Below, piece by piece: positions 36,401-46,435 of a DNA stretch of 64,000 nucleotides. The DNA comes from Akkermansia muciniphila (GTDB lineage: Bacteria > Verrucomicrobiota > Verrucomicrobiia > Verrucomicrobiales > V1-33). The notes beneath the pieces were generated by a model. The model searched no databases. It was not told the origin of the DNA and was given only the letters and a program-made list of their open reading frames with translations. A program made the position numbers and the translations under genes. The stretch spans positions 7,609 through 71,608 of the forward strand of contig CAMAUV010000012.1 in the NCBI GenBank assembly GCA_945861415.1, read 5' to 3'. Within the stretch, counting starts at the first letter, position 1. Each line of letters begins with the position of its first letter.

Positions 36401-36766
36401 CTGCTCCGGAAAATTCCGGATACCGTCCACGCGGTTCTTGAGCCGGGCCAGCACCTCCGCCACCTTGTAGCCGCTGCGCACCTCGGCATACACCACACCA
36501 AAATTCTCCCCCGCCCGCGAGGTGATGCGCTTGATTCCGTCCACCGTCGCGATGGCTTCCTCTATCGGAATGCAAACACCGGTCTCCACCTCCTCCGGAG
36601 CCGCATTGGGGTAGAGCACACTGATGGAAATGACGTTCGCCGAGACTTCCGGGAAAATTTCCTTTTTCTGCTTCGCCCATGCCAGCAGACCGAAAGCGAT
36701 GAGCGCCCACATAAGGAAGTTCGCCGCAATGCGGTTGCGGGACCACCAGTGAATGAGTGCGTGCAT
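33458..36766 (-). CDS. RND efflux transporter permease (AcrB/AcrD/AcrF family)
   Basis: 1,102 aa with a typical N-terminus 'RNRIAANFLMWALIAFGLLAW...FPEVSANVISISVLYPNAAPEEVE'. It has two large loop domains, 12-TM organisation and 'VVLGIVTDDAIVVGENV'. Confidence 0.9.
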   Translation of the reverse strand: MHALIHWWSRNRIAANFLMWALIAFGLLAWAKQKKEIFPEVSANVISISVLYPNAAPEEVETGVCIPIEEAIATVDGIKRITSRAGENFGVVYAEVRSGYKVAEVLARLKNRVDGIRNFPEQAEKSVIEEIPIRLQTMSVAISAETDEKNLRAVAEQVREALQSQPGVTQVDLAGAKRHEIAIEVSEDTLRRYGITFDQVAAAVRASSLDLPGGSIKSSEGEILIRTQARKYTAPEFEEIPVFTRPDGTRLLVKDIGKVIDGFEDVDLFTRFDGRPAMVVNVFRTGDEDTLEVAAAVKAWIKDAPKLLPEGIRLEVWNDLSLLLKGRVDLMLENAWQGFILVYIMLSLFLRPALAFHVALGIPIAFAGGLIFLPMVDVTVNMISLFAFIVVLGIVTDDAIVVGENVHARMARGEPARTAAPRGTYEVMVVAIFGVFTVVVAFMPMLGVSGVGGKIWRQIPWVVIPTLLVSLIETNLILPAHLSHLGPEKPLEQMNLFVRFIVRIQRAMSALVDRFIRRSYRPFLGFCLRWRYATLAAFMAAFLGVMGAVMGNWIPFRFFPQVEAEVISSKITLPPGVPVEMTQVAVARIEEAARKLNEQYKGNDGQPVIKHMLSTVGAQPFKVGFNPIGASDASNIGEVTLELVAAMDRSTPADEIIARWRELTGPIPGAVELGYLSNTSNSGNAIDLFLRGGDIGRLKKAAEFLKDGLSRIEGTADITDSFREGKRESKLDILPQGQALGLTHADLAGQVRQAFYGEEVQRLQRGRDEVKVMLRYPDDERRSLNNMTGMNIRTRTGAEVPFGEVATPSEGRGYSFILRRDRERAVKVSADADKAVPGASGNTIAEALTRARWEPPANWLSRLLDKMGLYPEEAAAGALTDMEAEFPDVQWSFEGEQKDQRENMGEIVKGFFIALLGIYVLLAIPLRSYIQPGIVMSIIPFGIVGAVIGHAVMGFELSIMSMIGIVALSGVVVNESLVMVEYVNRNRRAGRSPLEAAKEAGAARFQAIMLTSVTSFIGVLPIVTETSSQAKFLIPCAISLAFGCLSNLLNTLILVPCNYAILEDIRRLLFTKEKRAQWEKEELEAAAERGMEWMDGSAPPGK

Positions 36767-36942
36767 ACGGGTCGGGAGATGTTGGGGGAAAGCTGAATAT
36801 ACTGCCTCACACGCTGTCCGCAGAAAATCAATCGGGCGGCAGATTCAACCTCAGGCACGCTCGCACGGGCCTGACCGAAAATTTCACCCTCTCTGGCCTA
36901 CAAAGCTGCCACGTGCAGGCCGCAGGAGCACCGCCGTGACGA

Positions 36943-39900
36943 TCAGCGCAGCACGAAGCGGGCGCGCACGAATTGCCGCGTGGTGCCGGAGAAAGGTTGC
37001 GCGCTACGCCACGTGACGGTCGCGGTGCCATCGCCATGGTTGATCTCGCCGATGGGTATAAGGTCAGCGTTCCATGCTCCGAGGCCCGTGGAGGACTCGA
37101 CGACCAGATTCGCGTTGTCCGTGGCGGCGAGGCTGCGGCGCACATCGATCGCCCAGTAGTCCACCCCGGAGACATTGACTGTGCGGGTCACCGGCAAGCC
37201 CGCAGTGCTAGGAGTGGCTGGACCGGTGCCCATGGCGAACTCGCCGAAGTTGTTCACGCCGTCCCGGTCGGAGTCGCCTAGATCGTCAGTGATGCCGTTC
37301 GCTGCTTTCCATGCAGCATAGGCCGTGGAGTCAGAACTGCCGGGATTGCCGTTGAGCGCTGCGCTGGTGCGCCAGTTCTGCGGCAGGTTGTGATCGGGAT
37401 TTGTCACCGGGGCGATGAGCACGAGGGAGAAGCCGTCGCCATCCGCTCCGGCCGGCCATGGCGGAGCGTCGTTGTAGGTGAAGTCGCGGATGACGCCGGT
37501 GCGACTGCTGGTGAGCACGATTTGCTCGCCGTCGTTGCCGAGATTTCCGCTGTATGAGCCCGCGGTGTTCACGCCAAGATGACGCTGCGAGAATGCGGCG
37601 GCATTTTTCGCCACCACGATGCTCCCGCCAGGGGCGACCAGTGTATTCTCCTGGAAGGTAAAAGTAATCCCGGTCAGGAAACTGACGCCGGTGAGGTCCA
37701 CGGTCTGCGCGGAGATGTTGCGCAGCTCGATGAACTCGTAGTCATCGCGGTCGGTGGAGATAGCGGTCTCGGCGGCCAGTGTGGCCTCGGCGGGACGATA
37801 GCAGAGTTCCGATACCACGAGATTTGCGGCGCTGGCGCTGACGGTGTCTATGCTGAAGAATGCGGAGTTCAGCGCGCTCCATTCGCCGTTACCGCTGCTG
37901 AACGCGCGTGTAGTGAGCGTGGTCGGTTGGCTGAAGAAGAGGGGATTGCTCACATTGCGGCCACCGACGCTGACCTCGCCGCGCAGGAACATGTCCATGC
38001 GGATGTCGCTGCTGGTGCCGCTGGTTTGGTGGACTTCCACGGCGATCACATTGACGCCGGGCACAAAGCGACTGGTGGCGATGGTGAAATCCTTGAAGGC
38101 AGCCTCGTTCGCGACGTTGGTGCCGGTGTAGAAGGTATAGGCAGCTCCTGCAGGCAGCCCGGCAGTGCGGATGACTTCCGTTCCGTTGATATAGACCGCC
38201 GCCTCGTCGTCATACTTAAGGCGCAGCAGGAAGTTTACGAAGTCTCCCGGCGCCGGAATAGTGACCGTCGTGCGGAAGTAGGTTGTGGGGTAGAAGCTGG
38301 GCGAAGTGCCGCTGGGAACGAGAGTCCCTGAGCCTTCCCCGTCTCCGCCATATCCGAGCGATGAAGGACCGGACGGCCACGCCGTGTCCACGAAGTTCGT
38401 AGCCTGCCATGCCGTGCCCTGATTGCTACCGGCCCAATATTTCCAGACATGGCCGGTGTTCATAAACGTCACCGGCACTGGACCGCCGCCACCGAAGGTC
38501 ACCAGCTGCGCTGCGGGGTTCGGCGCACCGCCGAGGAGCCGCGGATCGCTCCCGTCGACCGTGTAGTATATCCTGTCAGCGTTCGTCGCCATCGTCACTG
38601 GCGTCGCTGGCAGCACAGAGCCTCCATGGCGGCTGAAGACGGGCGCGTCCGTCTGCGGGTAGAGCCCGGCGCTCTTGAGCACCGTGATGAGCCCAGGCGT
38701 GCGCACGGCCAGCCAGTTGTTCCGCACATTGTTGTAGGCCGATTCCCAATTTGCGATGGTCCGCAGCGTGCCGTGCTGGTCGCCCCAGCGGGCCAGTTCC
38801 GGAATGATAATGCTGCGGTGGTCCTTCGTTATGTCCGCATACCGGTCGAGACACCGCTGCGGTGTCAAGGCTCCACCGTTGAACAGAGAACGATGAGCGC
38901 GGTCGCCGAAGCGCACTCGATACTCGAGGCTGTTGCTCAAATACCGCTGCGGTGCGGCCGCGCCGCTGAATTCGCCTGTCTTGTCATTACTGGAATTAAG
39001 CAGCATGGCCCACTCGCTGTCCCACATGAAAAAGTGGAATCCCGTGCTGCTTCGTGACCCGCGCAACGGCAGCGCATCAATGAGGTCACGCTCCCGGCCA
39101 TTGTAGTAGTTCTTGTGCGGCCAGTCGTTGTTTCCCGTGTACCAGTTCACCAGCAGGTAGTTGATGTAATTGTCCACGTTGATGTAGTCGGACCACGCGG
39201 GATTGTCTGTGCCGTCGGGATTGAGACCCTGTAGCCTCATCAGCGCCGCAGTGCGGGCGCTCTCGGTGATGGTCGTGGTGATGTCATCCGCGAGGCCCAA
39301 CATGGTGTTCCAGGGAGCCACGCTGCCTTCATTCGTGGCAGTGCCGGAATTGATGCCGTCCCACTCCTCCTTCACTGAGCCAAGATAGCTGGCGGCCAAT
39401 CCCGCATCCGGCCGCTCCACTGGATTGAACAGACCCCAGTAAACTCCGTTGAGGTAAACATGCATGTAGCGGCCGCGGGAGGCGAGAATGCCCACGTCGA
39501 GGGCCGAGCGGCGGGCGAATTCATCGCGGGCATACTGCACATCCGTGCGATTGTCCCACTGATAGCCGTCATTAGATTCCATGCGGAGAATGAACGTATC
39601 GAATTCCTGCGCCGCCTGCGGCCCAAAGAGTGGGTAGTTCAGCTTGGACGGGCCATACTGGGTCTTGAACAGGACACGCAGCGACTTCTTCAGCGTGAGT
39701 CCGAAACTCCGGAAGGCGCCTCCCTGAATGCGCAGACCGCAGTTCGCCTGCTTGTTCTTGCTGCCATCCGGCGCGGCGGGGTCGATGATCTCGAACGAGA
39801 TGCCCCGCTCCCAAGCGGCGCCGGAGGAGTTAGGATTGGAGTAGATGCCGCTGGGGCCGAAGAGATCATTCGTTTCGCAAACGATAGAAATGGACGGCAC

Positions 39901-41820
39901 TGTTTTGAGGTCGTTGCGAATGGTGGCGCCGTGCAGGGACGTCACGCGGGGGTCCATGCCGTAGTCCGGCGACTGCGATCCCCACGTGGCCGGCAGACCC
40001 CAGACAGACTGCGTATTTCCCGGAGTCTGTGTGACGACGTCGTCCACGAAAATGTAGGTATTCGTGTCCACATTTGTCGGACGATGCCCGGCTTTGAAGG
40101 CGATGGCCCGAACCGGCATGGTCCGGTTCACGGTGATGGGTGCCGTGTAAATTGTGCCGGCAGTCTCGCTTGGCCGCGATCCGTTGGTGGTGTAGCGAAT
40201 GGTGGCCCCCGGTGTTGCGGTAGTGAGCGTGAGCGTTTGCGCCGTGCTGTAGAAACCGCGGTCCACGCTGAACTTCGTGTCTTTCACAAACCCCTGAAAG
40301 CCGGCCGAGTTCGCTGCTCGCGGCGTGGCGGTGGAGAAATAGCCGGGCTGCGGCGGCACGGGAATCATCCCAAAGGAAATCCCCGCCTTCTGCTCCGGAA
40401 ATGGTTCCGTGCTGCTGCCGAACTCCGACACAATGGTCACACCGTCCGGCTTGATAAATGCAAGGTATTCGCCAGCGGCATCGAGGCTGAAATTGGTGTG
40501 CAATTCCGCGCCGGTGCGGTTCTTGCCGGACGCGAAGACAATGCGGTAAGCCCCGGGAGCCAGCGTCACCGCAGGGAACGCCCACTTTTGCAGATCCGCC
40601 GGATCATCCGTCAGGAAGAAGCCGGCAAGGTCCAGCGGACTGCCGCCGGGGTTGTGTATTTCGATCCAGTCCGCGGCAAACCCATCAGCATCCACCAGCT
40701 GTGCCCCGTCATTGTCCGCCATGAATTCATTGATCACCGGCACGCCCGGAATGACCACACTGACCGTCGTAGTGGCATTCACCGTGCCGTTGGGATTGGT
40801 GGCGCTCAGGTTGTAAGTCCGCGTCGTCGCGGGGCTCACTGAAATGCTGGAGCCCCCCACCGCAGCGCCATCAAGGCGCACGCTCGCCGCATTCGCGACA
40901 TCCCATGCGAGCCTCGTGCTCGCCCCCGGCCCGGTGATCGGCGGCGTGGCAGTGAAGCTGCGGACGATCGGCTGATTCGTCACCGTCACCGTCGTGTTCT
41001 GTGTCGCCGAAGAAAGCGGATGCGTCGCGGAGAGCGTGTAGGTCGTCGTGGCCGCAGCTCCGGGATTCACGGCGACACTTCCGATGCCGTTCGTGGTGAA
41101 GGGCAATACACTCCCGATGCCCCCAATGCTCGCCGCCGTGGTGCCTGCCTCCAATTCCCATGAGAGCGTGAAAGGCTCACCAGGAAAAATCAGCGGCTTG
41201 TTTGCAGCAAAACTTTTGATGACCTTGACTGGCACGCCGAAAAGTTCCAGTTCACCAATCTGAAGGATCAAATCACCGTTGGCCTGCACCCGGTAGCGAA
41301 ACCATGAATACGAAGCTGGCGTCGGGAAGTCCCCGCCATTTCCGGTGAACTCAAGCACCTCCAGCCGCTGCGAGAATGGAGAGATGCCGTTGGTCCAACT
41401 GTAGATGGGCGTCCAGTTCGTCCCGTTGTTCGAGCCTTCGATATACCACTGTGTGGGATCACGCTCGGGCACGTCATTCGCCGAGGAGAGGGTGAAATGC
41501 GTGAGCACATACGGTCGGTCAAACTGCACCGCGATGCTCTGGGGTGCAGGGTCACAGCACCACTTTTCATCCCCGCCGCCCACCAAGTTGTCGAAAATGT
41601 TGTAGGCTCCCTCTGCGGTCCACGAGTTCTCGCTGGAGGCAGTGATGGCGATCCAGTTCCAGTTCGTCATGGCCCCGTCCACGCCGTTGTTTTCCGGATC
41701 CGTCAAATCCCCGCCTCTGAGGGCCGCGGTTCCTGCACCGCGGGTGATATAAGCATTAGCTTGTTCTGCCACAAGATGCAGAAAACAAAAGGACAGAGCG
41801 AAAAGGAATAGGCGGGCCAT
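36943..41820 (-). CDS. giant secreted CotH-kinase-family protein with discoidin-like, Ig-like, two lamin-tail (LTD) and chitobiase-type domains
   Basis: Start at the ATG at 41820 (MARLFLFALSFCFLHLVAEQANA). Discoidin-like 'WCCDPAPQSIAVQFDRPYVLTHFTLSSAND...WYIEGSNNGTNW'. LTD 'VINEFMADNDG...DWIEIHNPGGSPLDLAGFFLTDD' and 'VVSELCYRP...DYEFIELRNISAQTVDLTGVSF'. 'GATIRYTTNGSRP' and 'RIYYTVDGSDP'. CotH 'KKSLRVLFK...FILRMESNDGY...YMHVYLNGVYWGLFNPVE'. Confidence 0.85.
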   Translation of the reverse strand: MARLFLFALSFCFLHLVAEQANAYITRGAGTAALRGGDLTDPENNGVDGAMTNWNWIAITASSENSWTAEGAYNIFDNLVGGGDEKWCCDPAPQSIAVQFDRPYVLTHFTLSSANDVPERDPTQWYIEGSNNGTNWTPIYSWTNGISPFSQRLEVLEFTGNGGDFPTPASYSWFRYRVQANGDLILQIGELELFGVPVKVIKSFAANKPLIFPGEPFTLSWELEAGTTAASIGGIGSVLPFTTNGIGSVAVNPGAAATTTYTLSATHPLSSATQNTTVTVTNQPIVRSFTATPPITGPGASTRLAWDVANAASVRLDGAAVGGSSISVSPATTRTYNLSATNPNGTVNATTTVSVVIPGVPVINEFMADNDGAQLVDADGFAADWIEIHNPGGSPLDLAGFFLTDDPADLQKWAFPAVTLAPGAYRIVFASGKNRTGAELHTNFSLDAAGEYLAFIKPDGVTIVSEFGSSTEPFPEQKAGISFGMIPVPPQPGYFSTATPRAANSAGFQGFVKDTKFSVDRGFYSTAQTLTLTTATPGATIRYTTNGSRPSETAGTIYTAPITVNRTMPVRAIAFKAGHRPTNVDTNTYIFVDDVVTQTPGNTQSVWGLPATWGSQSPDYGMDPRVTSLHGATIRNDLKTVPSISIVCETNDLFGPSGIYSNPNSSGAAWERGISFEIIDPAAPDGSKNKQANCGLRIQGGAFRSFGLTLKKSLRVLFKTQYGPSKLNYPLFGPQAAQEFDTFILRMESNDGYQWDNRTDVQYARDEFARRSALDVGILASRGRYMHVYLNGVYWGLFNPVERPDAGLAASYLGSVKEEWDGINSGTATNEGSVAPWNTMLGLADDITTTITESARTAALMRLQGLNPDGTDNPAWSDYINVDNYINYLLVNWYTGNNDWPHKNYYNGRERDLIDALPLRGSRSSTGFHFFMWDSEWAMLLNSSNDKTGEFSGAAAPQRYLSNSLEYRVRFGDRAHRSLFNGGALTPQRCLDRYADITKDHRSIIIPELARWGDQHGTLRTIANWESAYNNVRNNWLAVRTPGLITVLKSAGLYPQTDAPVFSRHGGSVLPATPVTMATNADRIYYTVDGSDPRLLGGAPNPAAQLVTFGGGGPVPVTFMNTGHVWKYWAGSNQGTAWQATNFVDTAWPSGPSSLGYGGDGEGSGTLVPSGTSPSFYPTTYFRTTVTIPAPGDFVNFLLRLKYDDEAAVYINGTEVIRTAGLPAGAAYTFYTGTNVANEAAFKDFTIATSRFVPGVNVIAVEVHQTSGTSSDIRMDMFLRGEVSVGGRNVSNPLFFSQPTTLTTRAFSSGNGEWSALNSAFFSIDTVSASAANLVVSELCYRPAEATLAAETAISTDRDDYEFIELRNISAQTVDLTGVSFLTGITFTFQENTLVAPGGSIVVAKNAAAFSQRHLGVNTAGSYSGNLGNDGEQIVLTSSRTGVIRDFTYNDAPPWPAGADGDGFSLVLIAPVTNPDHNLPQNWRTSAALNGNPGSSDSTAYAAWKAANGITDDLGDSDRDGVNNFGEFAMGTGPATPSTAGLPVTRTVNVSGVDYWAIDVRRSLAATDNANLVVESSTGLGAWNADLIPIGEINHGDGTATVTWRSAQPFSGTTRQFVRARFVLR

Positions 41821-41886
41821 ATGGGTGCGATAGGATTTATCGGCCTTTTTAACCGGGACGCCCCGCCGGCACAAGCTTCGACAGCT

Positions 41887-42684
41887 TCATTTCTTCGGGG
41901 AGTCCTGCCGCCGCCATTCGCCGTTCCACTGGCGCAACTCGCAGGGTTTAAACTGCTGCTTGTAGCCCATGGAGGGACTGTGCGGCACATAGTAGCCGAG
42001 GTAGAGCCACTTTTTTCCCAACCTCTGGCCGAGCAGAAAACTTTGGAGCACTGTATAAAGCCCGATGCTCCGCCGCCAAAGCGAGGGATCATGGAAATGC
42101 GTCACGGCCGTGATCACCTCGGGCTCCACATCGGCCATCAGGACAGAGATCAGGCGCCCGTTTTCCCAAATGCTAATCTCGGTCATTGGGGCCGGGCCGC
42201 GTATAAACTCACTTTGGTAGCCCGCCTCCGTGAGGTAGTTGGGCTGCCAGCCGTAAAGAGCATGCTTCGCCTGCCGGTAGCGGTTGTGCAGTAGCACACG
42301 ATCGGTGCCCAGCACTGGCGGAGAGGAAACCTTAAGCTCCAGCTCCGCATTACGCTTCAATACCCGCCGCTGACTCCGGCTGGGCTTCCATTCTTCCAGC
42401 GGCACCCGCATGGAAAAACACATCCGACACCAATGACACAAGGGCCGCTGCAGAAACGCTCCAAATTTAAACCAACCCCGCTCTAGCCGCTCAGTGTAGT
42501 CCCCCGGCGACATCTCACCGATCTGAGCATACTGCATCGCCGAGTACTGGCCGCTAAGGTATGAACAGGCATCCGGGCCGTTGATGATGGAGTTGATGAT
42601 TTGCACGCGGGGGAAAATGGACAGATTGTCTGCACCGTAATTACGACTGGTGCAATCAGGGAGGCGCGCGCGGGCTTCAGACAA
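41887..42684 (-). CDS. bpt: arginyl/leucyl-tRNA--protein transferase (ATE/Bpt family)
   Basis: 'DACSYLSGQ', 'LERGWFKFGAFLQRPLCHWCRMCFSMRV' and 'PSRSQRRVLKRN', followed by a C-terminal ATE_C-like half. 265 aa. Confidence 0.75.
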   Translation of the reverse strand: MSEARARLPDCTSRNYGADNLSIFPRVQIINSIINGPDACSYLSGQYSAMQYAQIGEMSPGDYTERLERGWFKFGAFLQRPLCHWCRMCFSMRVPLEEWKPSRSQRRVLKRNAELELKVSSPPVLGTDRVLLHNRYRQAKHALYGWQPNYLTEAGYQSEFIRGPAPMTEISIWENGRLISVLMADVEPEVITAVTHFHDPSLWRRSIGLYTVLQSFLLGQRLGKKWLYLGYYVPHSPSMGYKQQFKPCELRQWNGEWRRQDSPKK

Positions 42685-42720
42685 CGCTGCCGGGCTCGCC
42701 GCATCAGCGGTTCAGTTCCA

Positions 42721-43521
42721 CTACACGGCCACCGCCCCCTTTATGGCGGGCCATGGATCGTAGTTTTCGAGGCTGAAATCATCGAAGCGGAAGTCATCGA
42801 TTTCCTTCACGGCGGGATTCAGCCGCATGACAGGCAGCGGCAGCGGCTCGCGACTGAGCTGGAGGTCCACCTGCTCGCGGTGATTCTGGTAGATGTGCAG
42901 GTCGCCGAAGGTGTGGACAAAGTCTCCCGGAGTGAGGCCGGTGACCTGAGCGACCATTTGCGTCAGCAGGGCATACCCGGCGATGTTGAAAGGCACGCCC
43001 AGAAAGAGATCCGCGCTGCGCTGATAGAGCTGGCAGCTCAGGCTGCGCTCCTCCATATCCACATAGAACTGGAACAGCGAATGGCAGGGCGGCAGCGCCA
43101 TCTGCAGCACCTCCGCAGGATTCCATGCGCTAACAATGAGCCGGCGGCTCTCGGGACGGTTACGGATTTGGTGAATGACATCGCGCAACTGATCAATGCT
43201 CTGGCCGTTCGCTCCCTCCCAGCGGCGCCACTGCTTGCCATAGACCGGGCCAAGGTCGCCGTTCTCGTCCGCCCACTCGTCCCATATCGTCACTTTGTTG
43301 TCCTTGAGATACTGAATGTTGGTGTCCCCCGAGATGAACCAGAGCAGCTCATGAATAATGGACCTCACATGCACCTTCTTGGTCGTGACCAGCGGAAACC
43401 CGGCGCGCAAATCATAGCGCGCCTGCGCCCCGAAAATAGAAATAGTGCCCACTCCCGTGCGGTCCACGCGGGCTTTTCCGTGGGTGAGCACGTGGCGCAA
43501 AAGGTCGTGATACTGTTTCAT
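42721..43521 (-). CDS. thyA: thymidylate synthase
   Basis: '[31 protein letters not shown]', '[12 protein letters not shown]', '[12 protein letters not shown]' (catalytic Cys) and '[18 protein letters not shown]'. 266 aa. Confidence 0.95.
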   Translation of the reverse strand: MKQYHDLLRHVLTHGKARVDRTGVGTISIFGAQARYDLRAGFPLVTTKKVHVRSIIHELLWFISGDTNIQYLKDNKVTIWDEWADENGDLGPVYGKQWRRWEGANGQSIDQLRDVIHQIRNRPESRRLIVSAWNPAEVLQMALPPCHSLFQFYVDMEERSLSCQLYQRSADLFLGVPFNIAGYALLTQMVAQVTGLTPGDFVHTFGDLHIYQNHREQVDLQLSREPLPLPVMRLNPAVKEIDDFRFDDFSLENYDPWPAIKGAVAV

Positions 43522-44033
43522 CGTGTTCGGGCTTACTGGAGGGAAACAGTGGGTTCAACGACGAAACCAGAAGGGCGAGAGCTAAACCGCTAAGAAACGT
43601 GCGGGCTTCGTCATTCGGATTTCGGGTTTCTTCAGGTTCCTTCTCTGCTGAGGGCTTTTTAGGCGTAGGCTTTCTAAAATTAGGATTGCGCTCCGGCGCC
43701 ACGGCCTCTGTGTCGGTGAGGTAACGGGTGATGCGCGCGTTCCGTTCAGCGGCGGGATTCTTCGTTTCGCTCACATTCTCGCGCAGGTCAGTATAGTTCG
43801 AGCCATTGCCGTCGGCGTTTTCGGTGCAGAAGAAAAATCAGAGGTCCACAAGTCGCCGGACGCCGCCGCACACGGCAACTGCGCCTTTGCGGAATCTGTG
43901 ACCGCGCGGCAATGGATACGTGCGGCTTTCCCCATCTCCGAGCTTTTCACACACGGAACACACTAATTTTCAGCTCATTTCCGCCCAACGCGTAAATTAC
44001 ATAAAGCATTTAACATCAAGTGTTTATAACTCA

Positions 44034-44426
44034 GTGACTGATCAGGAACTCATCCAGCGCGCTATCGCTGCACGCCTTAACGCCTACGCGCCTTATTCGA
44101 ATTTCCAAGTGGGTGCCGCCCTCTTAGGGAAAGACGGCCGCGTTTTCACCGGCTGTAATGTCGAGAATCTCAGCTACGGCCTCACCATCTGCGCCGAGCG
44201 CAACGCCATCTGCGCTGCAGTCGCCGCAGGTGTGAGAAAGTTCGCCGCCATCGCTATTGTAGCGGATACTCGCGAACCCATTTCCCCCTGCGGAGCCTGC
44301 CGGCAAGTCATGGCCGAGTTTGGGGATTTCAAGATCGTATGTGCCACGCTGGACGAGACGACCTTCGAGTCCACGGTTGCCGCTTTGCTCCCACGGGCGA
44401 AGACGGGGATACTGGATAAGGCCTAG
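44034..44426 (+). CDS. cdd: cytidine deaminase
   Basis: 'APYSNFQVGAALL', 'CAERNAI' and 'PCGACRQVMAEF'. The in-frame GTG at 44034 gives about 130 aa, the normal family size; the track ORF starts at 43920. Confidence 0.85.
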   Translation: MTDQELIQRAIAARLNAYAPYSNFQVGAALLGKDGRVFTGCNVENLSYGLTICAERNAICAAVAAGVRKFAAIAIVADTREPISPCGACRQVMAEFGDFKIVCATLDETTFESTVAALLPRAKTGILDKA

Positions 44427-44539
44427 CTTAAACATAAGGCACCGAAGCCCTGCAGGTTACTCAACCTTCGTTCCCATCGTTCTCTTCTGTTCACCACCTC
44501 GGTGTTCCACATGGAACATTTTCTCCCCCTTCCCTTCCA

Positions 44540-46402
44540 ATGCCCGATTACCTCTACCCTAAACACTACGATGTCCTCGTCGTCGGCGCCGGCCATGCCG
44601 GAGTCGAGGCTGCGCTCGCCGCAGCCCGCATAGGATGCCAGACCGCGCTCCTGACGCAAAATCTGGACACTATTTCCCAAATGTCCTGCAATCCCGCCAT
44701 CGGGGGTCTCGCCAAGGGCACCATCGTGCGAGAAATCGATGCCCTCGGCGGTGCCATGGGCCTCAACACGGACGCCACTGCCATCCAGTTTCGAATGCTG
44801 AACGGCAACAAAGGACCCAGCGTCCGGTCACCGCGCGCCCAAGCAGACAAGAAAGCCTATCAGTTCCGGATGAAGGCCGTGCTCGAGAGCACCCCCAACC
44901 TTGACCTCCACCAAGGAAACGTGGCCGAACTCCTCGTCTCGGGCGATACCGTCACAGGCCTGTGCACCAACCTCGGCCTCCAGTTCAACGCCCGCGCCAT
45001 CATCATCAGCGCCGGCACCTTCATGCGGGGACTCCTTCATGTCGGGCTGCGCAATACCACCGGCGGACGCATGGGCGACGCCGTCAGCACGGTGTCCGAC
45101 AGCCTCCGCACCCTCGGGTTTGAAGTGAAGCGCTTCAAAACCGGCACTCCTGCCCGACTCAACGGCCGAACCCTCGACCTCACCCGTTGTGAAGCCCAAC
45201 CCGGCGACGAACCGCCGCCCCTCTTCTCCTACATGGCCGACACCATCGGCGGCGGCCCAGAGGACATATTCACCCTAAACCGCTGGGCCGATCCGGCGTT
45301 CCACGTGGAACAAGTCCCCTGCCACATCACCTATACCACTCCCGCCACCCACGATTTCATCCGCGCCAACCTCGACAAGTCCCCCATGTATGCCGGGATA
45401 ATAGAGGGCGTCGGGCCCCGCTACTGCCCCAGCATTGAGGATAAAGTCGTTCGTTTCGCCGACAAAGACCGCCACCAGCTCTTCCTCGAACCCGAAGGCC
45501 GCCACACCGCCGAGTATTACATCAACGGCGTGTCCACTTCCCTGCCCTACGAAGTTCAACTCGCCTTTCTCCGCACCATCCCTGGTCTCGAAAACGCCCA
45601 CATCCTCCGCCCGGGCTACGCCGTCGAATACGACTTCTGCCCTCCAACACAGCTTTACCCCACCCTGGAGACCAAGAAAATCGCCCACCTTTACTTCGCC
45701 GGGCAGATCAACGGCACGTCCGGCTACGAAGAAGCCGCCGCCCAGGGCCTCATCGCCGGCATCAACGCCGCCCTCAAGCTCCAGAGCAAGCCCCCTTACG
45801 TTCCTAAGCGCAGCGAATCCTACATCGGCGTCATGCTCGACGACCTCGTCACGAAAGGAGTCACCGAGCCCTACCGGATGTTCACCTCCCGGGCCGAATA
45901 CCGCCTCCTCCTCCGCCAGGACAACTGCGACCTCCGCCTCACCCCCGCCGCCGCAGCGCTGGGCATCGTCCCCCCCGACCGCGCCCAGCGCACCGCAGAC
46001 AAAGCCGAAACCCTCGCCGCCGCCCACAAACTGGCCCGCGAGATGGTCCTCGAAGGCATCCACCTTGAGAAATGGTTCCGCCGCCCCGAGAACACATGGC
46101 CCAAACTCCCGGAGGAAACCCGCGCCAAATTCCCCGCCCCTATCTGGGACCTCCTCGAGACCGACCTCAAATACGCCGGCTACCTCGACCGCCAGCATGA
46201 CATCGTGGCCCGCACCGCCCGCATGGAAGACCGCCCCATCCACCCCGCCTTCGACTACACCGCCATCAAAGGCCTCAAAAAGGAAGCCCAGCACAAACTC
46301 ACCACCATCCGCCCCCAAACCCTCGGCCAAGCCTCCCGCATTCAAGGCGTCACACCGGCGGATATTGCGCTGCTCTCCGTAATGCTTGACCGGCCCCAAT
46401 GA
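44540..46402 (+). CDS. mnmG: tRNA uridine-5-carboxymethylaminomethyl(34) synthesis enzyme MnmG (GidA)
   Basis: '[23 protein letters not shown]', '[12 protein letters not shown]', '[11 protein letters not shown]' and '[18 protein letters not shown]'. 620 aa. Confidence 0.95.
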   Translation: MPDYLYPKHYDVLVVGAGHAGVEAALAAARIGCQTALLTQNLDTISQMSCNPAIGGLAKGTIVREIDALGGAMGLNTDATAIQFRMLNGNKGPSVRSPRAQADKKAYQFRMKAVLESTPNLDLHQGNVAELLVSGDTVTGLCTNLGLQFNARAIIISAGTFMRGLLHVGLRNTTGGRMGDAVSTVSDSLRTLGFEVKRFKTGTPARLNGRTLDLTRCEAQPGDEPPPLFSYMADTIGGGPEDIFTLNRWADPAFHVEQVPCHITYTTPATHDFIRANLDKSPMYAGIIEGVGPRYCPSIEDKVVRFADKDRHQLFLEPEGRHTAEYYINGVSTSLPYEVQLAFLRTIPGLENAHILRPGYAVEYDFCPPTQLYPTLETKKIAHLYFAGQINGTSGYEEAAAQGLIAGINAALKLQSKPPYVPKRSESYIGVMLDDLVTKGVTEPYRMFTSRAEYRLLLRQDNCDLRLTPAAAALGIVPPDRAQRTADKAETLAAAHKLAREMVLEGIHLEKWFRRPENTWPKLPEETRAKFPAPIWDLLETDLKYAGYLDRQHDIVARTARMEDRPIHPAFDYTAIKGLKKEAQHKLTTIRPQTLGQASRIQGVTPADIALLSVMLDRPQ

Positions 46403-46435
46403 TCAAGCACCATCCTCTTCGGCCACAAGTCCATC

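Noticed and set aside
35315-36796. Plus-strand ORFs antisense to the RND gene (35315..35800, 35496..36173, 36230..36796), and plus-strand ORFs inside the CotH gene such as 39460..40842.
   Set aside because: These are shadow ORFs opposite well-supported genes and carry no recognisable motifs.
43412-43774. 120-aa minus-strand ORF upstream of thyA that overlaps it by 110 nt.
   Set aside because: It overlaps the well-defined thyA N-terminus in another frame. Part of it is translated from the dispersed repeat core ('NPNDEAR'). It is low-complexity and Pro/Lys/Glu-rich. A short real peptide cannot be excluded.
45275-46399. 374-aa minus-strand ORF (and a 315-aa plus-strand out-of-frame ORF) overlapping mnmG.
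   Set aside because: The Gly/Ala/Val-rich or Pro/Ser/Thr-rich composition has no motifs. mnmG in the other frame is unambiguous.
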